Assembly (NCBI GenBank): GCA_044347345.1
Contig: JBIKUX010000013.1
Coordinates: 1 to 64,000 of the forward strand
Reading direction: 5' to 3'
DNA: 64,000 nucleotides
Source of the DNA: Bdellovibrionota bacterium
GTDB lineage: Bacteria; Bdellovibrionota_C; UBA2361; JBIKUX01
Below the pieces are notes generated by a model that was given only the letters and a program-made list of their open reading frames with translations, was not told the origin of the DNA and did no database searches. The translations under genes were made by a program, and so were the position numbers. Shown piece by piece: positions 59,011 to 64,000 of this stretch; within the stretch, counting starts at the first letter, position 1, and each line of letters starts with the position of its first letter.

Positions 59011-61206
59011 ATGAAATTTTCCATTACTAAGATTTTAGTAGTTAGATCAGTTTTTTTAGCACAACTCTTTTCAACATTTTTTTTCTCTCAATTACTTTTT
59101 GTCAGTGAATCGTTTTTTTCATTATTATTCGTCTCTTCACTCGAGTTTTTTTTAGGAACGAAAAATTTACAAGCTGAACAACAGGACAACAATGTTGAGA
59201 ATAATAGTTCCTCAAATACTTTAATCACAGTGCGTGGATATTCTCTTCCAACTACCTTACAAAAAGTTCCTGGAAGCACTTCAATTATATCGCAAGATAA
59301 TCTTGTGCAGAGTGGCTCTGACTTTTTTCAACAACAAATTCTTACTCTACCAAATCTAAACTGGGCCGGAGGAACATCTCGACCTCGCTACTTTCAAATC
59401 AGAGGAACAGGTGACACTGAACAGTATGAAGGTGCTCCAAATTCATCCGTAGCAGTTATATTAGATGAGGTGGATGTTACTGGTGTTGGAGCGGCTCTTA
59501 CATTATTTGATATTGAACAGCTCGAATTACATCGAGGTCCTCAGCCGATAAGATTTGGTTCAAGTGCACTGGCAGGTGCTCTTAATTTAACCTCGGCAGA
59601 ACCTACCTCTAAGTACACCGGTACGGGCTTAATATCAGTGGGAAATGATAACCTCATTCAAGGTGGTGGAGCCCTTGGAGGAGCTGTTTCACAAGAAGCA
59701 CAATTTAGAATAAGCGCATTTGGACACAAACAGGATGGGTTTCGACACAATGAATTTTTGAACAGTAATTCAACAAATGATAGAGATGAATTTACTGGCC
59801 GCGCTAAACTAAAGATAACTCCATGGGACAACTTTAATTCTTTGACTTTATCGGTAATTTCAGCAGACCTTAATAACGGTTTTGATGCGTTTAGCGTGCA
59901 AAACAAATTCATAACACAATCAGATCGTCCAGGAGAAGATGAACAAAGATTTAGACTTGTATCATTAACGGGTAAATTTAGCGTTGATGATAGTACAGAG
60001 CTCCTCTCAGTTACGAGTTACTATCAATCCAAATTAAACTATTCTTTTGATGGTGACTGGGGTAACAACCCTTTCTGGGCACCATTTACTCCTTATGATT
60101 TTTTTTCTTCAACAAATAGATCACGTGAAGTGTTAGCTCAACAAGTACGCACAGTCACTAAAATACCAACATTTAACGGTAGCCTTAGTTGGATGAACGG
60201 CATCTTTATTCAAGACTTAAGTGAAAATACAGCAACAAGGGAGTTTTCTGATAATGAACAATACGACTCATTAGATGAATACTATGACGCTACCACTGCT
60301 GCAGTTTTTTCTAACATATCAGCGCCCGTTTCTTCACAAGTAACACTATCAATTGGCGGACGAATTGAAAGAAGACTAACGGATTATAAAGATTCTCGAG
60401 ATAGTCTATTTACACCAGCAGATACTATGACAGGTGGATTAGTTTCCGCCCAATATCATTGGACAGAAAATTCCCATTTATACGGGCTTATAAGCCGAGG
60501 CTTTAGAGGTGGTGGATTTAATTCAGGACCTAACGTGCCGCTAAATTTCAAAGAATACACATCAGAAAATCTTATAAATTATGAGATTGGAGTAAAGAGC
60601 TACCTATTGGAACGAAAAGTAAATCACTCACTCTCGTTGTTTACTCAGGCTCGACGTGATCAACAAATTGGTTTATCGATCCAAGATGATCCGTCTGACC
60701 CTTTATCATTCACTTATATCACCGAAAATGCCGCTAAAGGGCGCACTTATGGTTTAGAAAACGAGATAGACTATACAGTCACAGAAAGATTGAACTTAAA
60801 CACTACGCTCGGTTTACTAGACACAGAGCTTACCGAAGTTGATCCGCTCCTAGCAACGCTCGAAGGGCGAGCCCAAGCTCATGCGCCTCGATGGCAGTAT
60901 AGTGCTTCAACCAGTTATAAATTTACCGATAACATCACTGGGAGCTTAGGGATAGCTGGTCGAGGGTCATTTTATTTCGGTGATTCTCATAATTCGAAAT
61001 CATCCCCATATCATCTGATAAACGCCAATATCGCGTATAAATGGGGCACTTGGACAGCTCAAATTTGGGGAAGAAATTTAACTGATGAACAATATGCAGT
61101 TAGAGGATTCTTTTTTGGTAATGAGCCTCCAGATTTTTCGAATAAAAAATATGTGCAGCTTGGTGATCCGCTCACAACTGGCGTTACTATCATTTATAAT
61201 TTTTAG
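59011..61206 (+). CDS. TonB-dependent receptor, probable thiamine uptake
   Basis: PN....G.SRPRYFQIRG, LFDIEQLELHRGPQ...FG..AL.G, C-terminal YNF; TPP riboswitch upstream. Confidence 0.92.
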   Translation: MKFSITKILVVRSVFLAQLFSTFFFSQLLFVSESFFSLLFVSSLEFFLGTKNLQAEQQDNNVENNSSSNTLITVRGYSLPTTLQKVPGSTSIISQDNLVQSGSDFFQQQILTLPNLNWAGGTSRPRYFQIRGTGDTEQYEGAPNSSVAVILDEVDVTGVGAALTLFDIEQLELHRGPQPIRFGSSALAGALNLTSAEPTSKYTGTGLISVGNDNLIQGGGALGGAVSQEAQFRISAFGHKQDGFRHNEFLNSNSTNDRDEFTGRAKLKITPWDNFNSLTLSVISADLNNGFDAFSVQNKFITQSDRPGEDEQRFRLVSLTGKFSVDDSTELLSVTSYYQSKLNYSFDGDWGNNPFWAPFTPYDFFSSTNRSREVLAQQVRTVTKIPTFNGSLSWMNGIFIQDLSENTATREFSDNEQYDSLDEYYDATTAAVFSNISAPVSSQVTLSIGGRIERRLTDYKDSRDSLFTPADTMTGGLVSAQYHWTENSHLYGLISRGFRGGGFNSGPNVPLNFKEYTSENLINYEIGVKSYLLERKVNHSLSLFTQARRDQQIGLSIQDDPSDPLSFTYITENAAKGRTYGLENEIDYTVTERLNLNTTLGLLDTELTEVDPLLATLEGRAQAHAPRWQYSASTSYKFTDNITGSLGIAGRGSFYFGDSHNSKSSPYHLINANIAYKWGTWTAQIWGRNLTDEQYAVRGFFFGNEPPDFSNKKYVQLGDPLTTGVTIIYNF

Positions 61207-61208
61207 AT

Positions 61209-61796
61209 ATGTTAACGGTTGAGATATGCGGCACTCTTATCGCTCTTGGTTACGTTTTGCTTACTATTTGGGAAGATAGTCGATGTTGGTACCTCGCCAT
61301 CGTAAGTGCAATAATTTTTTCTTATATTTTTTTTCAAGCTGAGCTTTACTTTGAGTCCATCCTTCAATGGATCTTTGTAATACTATCAATACGGGGTCTG
61401 CTTTTATGGGGTAATGGTAAAAATCAAGAAAAACTACAGTCTCAAAAATCATTATCTCCTAAATGGATGTCTTCCAAAGAGCGTATAATTCATTTTATTG
61501 CCTGTATTATAGGAACCTTTAGTCTTGTCGCTATAGCCTCTTTCACATCACTCTCACTCTCACTTTCACCAGTCATAATTTACCTAGATGCGTTTATTAC
61601 TGCTGGTAGTATTGTGGCTACCATTCAAGCAACTAAGAAGGCTACTGAAAGTTGGCTATCATGGATCTGCGTAAACTGCCTAGCCAGTGGGCTATACATC
61701 CATAAAAACCTTTATATTACCGCTTTTTTATACGGTGTTTATACCTTGCTCGCAGTTTATGGATTTAATAAATGGCGACAAAAACAGCGACTGTGA
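61209..61796 (+). CDS. pnuC: PnuC-family transporter (PnuT, thiamine)
   Basis: LYFE..LQ, G...W, LDAF.T..S, E.WL.WI..N, LY; co-transcribed under the TPP riboswitch. Confidence 0.88.
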   Translation: MLTVEICGTLIALGYVLLTIWEDSRCWYLAIVSAIIFSYIFFQAELYFESILQWIFVILSIRGLLLWGNGKNQEKLQSQKSLSPKWMSSKERIIHFIACIIGTFSLVAIASFTSLSLSLSPVIIYLDAFITAGSIVATIQATKKATESWLSWICVNCLASGLYIHKNLYITAFLYGVYTLLAVYGFNKWRQKQRL

Positions 61797-61854
61797 CTAT
61801 GCCTGTGACTATGACTGTGACTGTGCCTGTGACTGTGAGTATGACTGTGCCTGT
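61789..61854 (+). repeat. Hexanucleotide tandem repeat, 11 units (gactgt/gactat/gcctgt/gagtat)
   Basis: Read directly; overlaps the pnuC stop codon. Confidence 0.9.
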
Positions 61855-61859
61855 TCTCA

Positions 61860-62048
61860 GAAACTATTTCTGGAAATATCGAGCAAAGTCGTTCGCGCCG
61901 TTCCTCTGCAACATCCATCGACTCCAATTATCGTATGCACGCCATAGCTCGTCACGACGTGCTTCAAGGGTGCGCCGTTCCTTCTCGAGCTTTAGTTTAT
62001 CTGGAAGATTACCAGCTGAACGAGCCTGCTTTTATCATCTTGGCTCAT
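61860..62048 (-). pseudogene. Degenerate 5' fragment of a putative AbiEii-type toxin
   Basis: Its ATG overlaps the antitoxin-like stop (ATGA); it reads MSQDDKSRLVQLVIFQIN* then SSRRNGAPLKHVVTSY. Assignment rests mainly on position. Confidence 0.3.
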
Positions 62049-62240
62049 AAGAGAGCTTCAACATACGGAACCACTCTGTGGTGCACTCCCATTGCGGATG
62101 CAAGGTTGAGAACTTTGGTAGCTGTTGTCTTCTTAGTCGCTATCGCCCTCTTAAGGGCATCAAATCCGATGCGGGGAGAGATTATGACTTTAAGGGTTAG
62201 CGCATCCATGATAGTTCGCTCAATCGTTGTAATTGAATAG
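62045..62240 (-). pseudogene. C-terminal remnant of a type IV TA (AbiEi-like) antitoxin
   Basis: YSITTIERTIMDAL...IGFDALKRAI..KKTT...VL.LA..MGV..RV.PYVEALL matches the AbiEi C-terminal pattern; no intact N-terminal HTH. Confidence 0.6.
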
Positions 62241-62871
62241 CCACCGTGAGACGCAAATCCCCCCTTCCGCATCGAGTCGCGTGCTCGATCAAGAAGTTGC
62301 GAGAAAGCTCTGAGAGACAAGACCCAAAGCACTCTATCTGCATGAGATCGAACGAGCATTAGATACAACCAAGAAACAACGATAGCAAGTCAAGGTGATA
62401 AGAGAGCTTGATGTAGCAATCAAAGACTATCGAGACGTTCTAGTTATTATTGTGGAGCAGTAAGTGCCGTATCTATTGAATGAGCGACTACCCTTACAGA
62501 AGAGGGATAGCGTATGGCCCTACTAAAGTTCAAACAGTTCCACAAACGAGAAGCCAACATCCATGAGAGCACACAAACGCCATCATCTCTCTCCAAGCTG
62601 TACGACATCAACCAAGACGGCATGGAGATCCACATCAACATCGTTCTTACCAAACATGAGCAGCACCTTCAGGTCGTGTGCAGTTTCTATATCGAGTAGC
62701 TGACGAATTGGCTGCTATAGAGAAGGCTCTGAAGCAGTAGCAATCCCAAGACCGAGGACATATGTCACTGGGTAGATTACCCGTTGAAAACTAGTGCTGC
62801 CTGTGGTCTGATACCGACTGTTCCGACCTTCTTTTACCAATTAGACAAACGTTTCTTTATTGGAGAGGCGC

Positions 62872-63069
62872 ATGGGACTAAATCCAGCTACCGAGCAATG
62901 GGTGTCAGTCGAGCAGATTGCTCAACATCTGAATGTCAAAGCCTTCACCATCTACAAATGGCTTGAGCGAAAGGATATGCCTGCACACAAGGTGGGTCGG
63001 AAGGCTCTCTGGAGGTTTAGAACCTCGGAAGTTGACAAATGGGTCGAGTCTCTGGAAGAGCCGGCATGA
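62872..63069 (+). CDS. Excisionase-like helix-turn-helix protein (HTH_17)
   Basis: WVSVEQIAQHLNVK..TIYKWL....MPAHKVGR..WRF..SEVD.WV; GGAGAGG RBS. Confidence 0.88.
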   Translation: MGLNPATEQWVSVEQIAQHLNVKAFTIYKWLERKDMPAHKVGRKALWRFRTSEVDKWVESLEEPA

Positions 63070-63098
63070 ATTACAGTGCGGACGAGCAGGAGTAAAGC

Positions 63099-63737
63099 TT
63101 GGGTAGCAATTTAGCCATAAACCGGTATGCGCAGTTGGGAGAGGAGTCTTATGACACCAATCTCATTACTGGCGCCCTGTTATGGGCTGACATGCGCAAG
63201 CTCGCCCAGCTTATCTGCAGCGGTCATACGCCTGCAGCAATCAGATCGCTTGTGGTAGAAACCAACTTGCTGCAACGAAGCAGGCCAAAAACTTCATTAA
63301 ATATCTATTCATACTTGTCTAAGCGTCTTTCAATCTCCCCTCCATCTCTTATTCGTTTGATAGCTGACGGTAATAGCATCGTTTCGAGACAAGCAGCTCT
63401 TCTCGCAGCGATGCTATCAAGTCGATTTCTTAGGGAGTTTTTTGGCACTGTAGTTTGCGATCGCCTTGAGAGCTTTAACCCCTCGCTGGCTTCACTGTTT
63501 TGGGAAGACTACTGGAGCTCTTGTGTTGCAAACGACCCCTCACTTCATTCGGTCAGACAAAAGACAGTCAACAAAATCAGATCCAATCTGCTCAAAGTTC
63601 TAGTTGAAGTAGATGTCCTCGAATCTCCAAAGGCAAAGGCGTTAAAGGCTGTTCGATTTTATCCACAAGTCACAGCACTTTTGAAGTCGTCAGAGCTTAT
63701 GTGGTTAAAACCCTATATTAGAAGCTTTGTAAGGTAA
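63099..63737 (+). CDS. brxA: BREX protein BrxA (DUF1819)
   Basis: Y...LI.GAL...D.RK.A.L...N.LQR...T......L..RL...Q..LLA....S..L.EF...VV...T..KI...L.KVL.E; followed by brxB. Confidence 0.85.
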   Translation: MGSNLAINRYAQLGEESYDTNLITGALLWADMRKLAQLICSGHTPAAIRSLVVETNLLQRSRPKTSLNIYSYLSKRLSISPPSLIRLIADGNSIVSRQAALLAAMLSSRFLREFFGTVVCDRLESFNPSLASLFWEDYWSSCVANDPSLHSVRQKTVNKIRSNLLKVLVEVDVLESPKAKALKAVRFYPQVTALLKSSELMWLKPYIRSFVR

Positions 63738-63741
63738 GAGT

Positions 63742-63897
63742 ATGGATGCAAAGCTTGAATTACTTAAAACTCGACTCAATAAAATCCGGGAGAAGATCTC
63801 CTCCCCTGCATTTCTTTCCAACGAAGGCATCGGAAACGAGATTGGATTCTATATCTTCGACTATGCGCCACAGTTCGAGTTGACCGCTACAGGGTAA
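63742..63897 (+). pseudogene. brxB: Truncated BREX BrxB (DUF1788), 51 aa
   Basis: MDAKLELLKTRLNKIREKISSPAFLSNEGIGNEIGFYIFDYAPQFELTATG* carries the FL...G.GNE..FYIFDY motif of the BrxB N-terminus. Confidence 0.85.
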
Positions 63898-64000
63898 GAT
63901 GTCAAACGAAGAGAAGCGTCTCGATGCCCAAATCGACACCGCCAGCACACCTGCTGAGCGAAATAGATTCAAGAAGGAACTTGAGAAGCTTAAGAAAAAG
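63884..64000 (+). pseudogene. pglX: 3' fragment of BREX methyltransferase PglX; continues off-window
   Basis: Frame reads PLQGKMSNEEKRLDAQIDTASTPAERNRFKKELEKLKKK, matching the PglX C-terminal coiled-coil segment as I recall it (..YV.PLQGK...A.ST.ER....KEL.KL.K). Confidence 0.7.

Noticed and set aside
61789-61854. Possible CRISPR array
   Set aside because: 6-bp units with no spacers and no cas genes; it is a simple microsatellite. No CRISPR array was seen anywhere in the window.
61687-62050. ORFs with CDYACD or VTMPVT repeats
   Set aside because: They are artefacts of translating the hexamer microsatellite.
63760-63972. 70-aa minus-strand ORF
   Set aside because: Antisense to the brxB and pglX fragments, which explain the sequence better.

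Overview
AT-rich (roughly 40% GC by eye) bacterial chromosomal window. The gene content (long-form HflX, sigma54-type flagellar promoters, SAM-I riboswitch, VirB2/TrbC-like pilin) suggests a deltaproteobacterial/Bdellovibrionota-like lineage; this is inference only. From left to right it holds: the left end of an IS3-family element; a PLC-like/esterase/aminotransferase cluster with a divergent TetR; an orphan tyrosine recombinase; a large secreted repeat protein; glycosyltransferases; hflX; a frameshifted ABC transporter; a pilin-like gene; tRNA-Asp with an island scar; leuS; HNH; a tRNA nucleotidyltransferase; tRNA-Ile/tRNA-Ala without rRNA; fliL; a SAM-I-controlled cystathionine gamma-synthase; an actinobacterial-style argJBDFR operon with tandem ARG boxes; psd; a flagellar cluster flgBC-fliEF-(no fliG)-fliHIJ; prpBCD; a DinB paralog lacking catalytic residues; a TPP-riboswitch thiamine uptake operon; and a decayed defence island (AbiE remnants, HTH, brxA, brxB fused by deletion to the pglX 3' end). 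The most notable signals are: (1) two flagellar promoters sharing a non-canonical sigma54 -24 element (TAGC instead of TGGC) plus a conserved downstream 14-bp palindrome at near-identical spacing; (2) the apparently catalytically dead DinB with an intact clamp-binding tail; (3) the missing fliG; (4) the BREX internal deletion junction; (5) a likely CC-adding enzyme.
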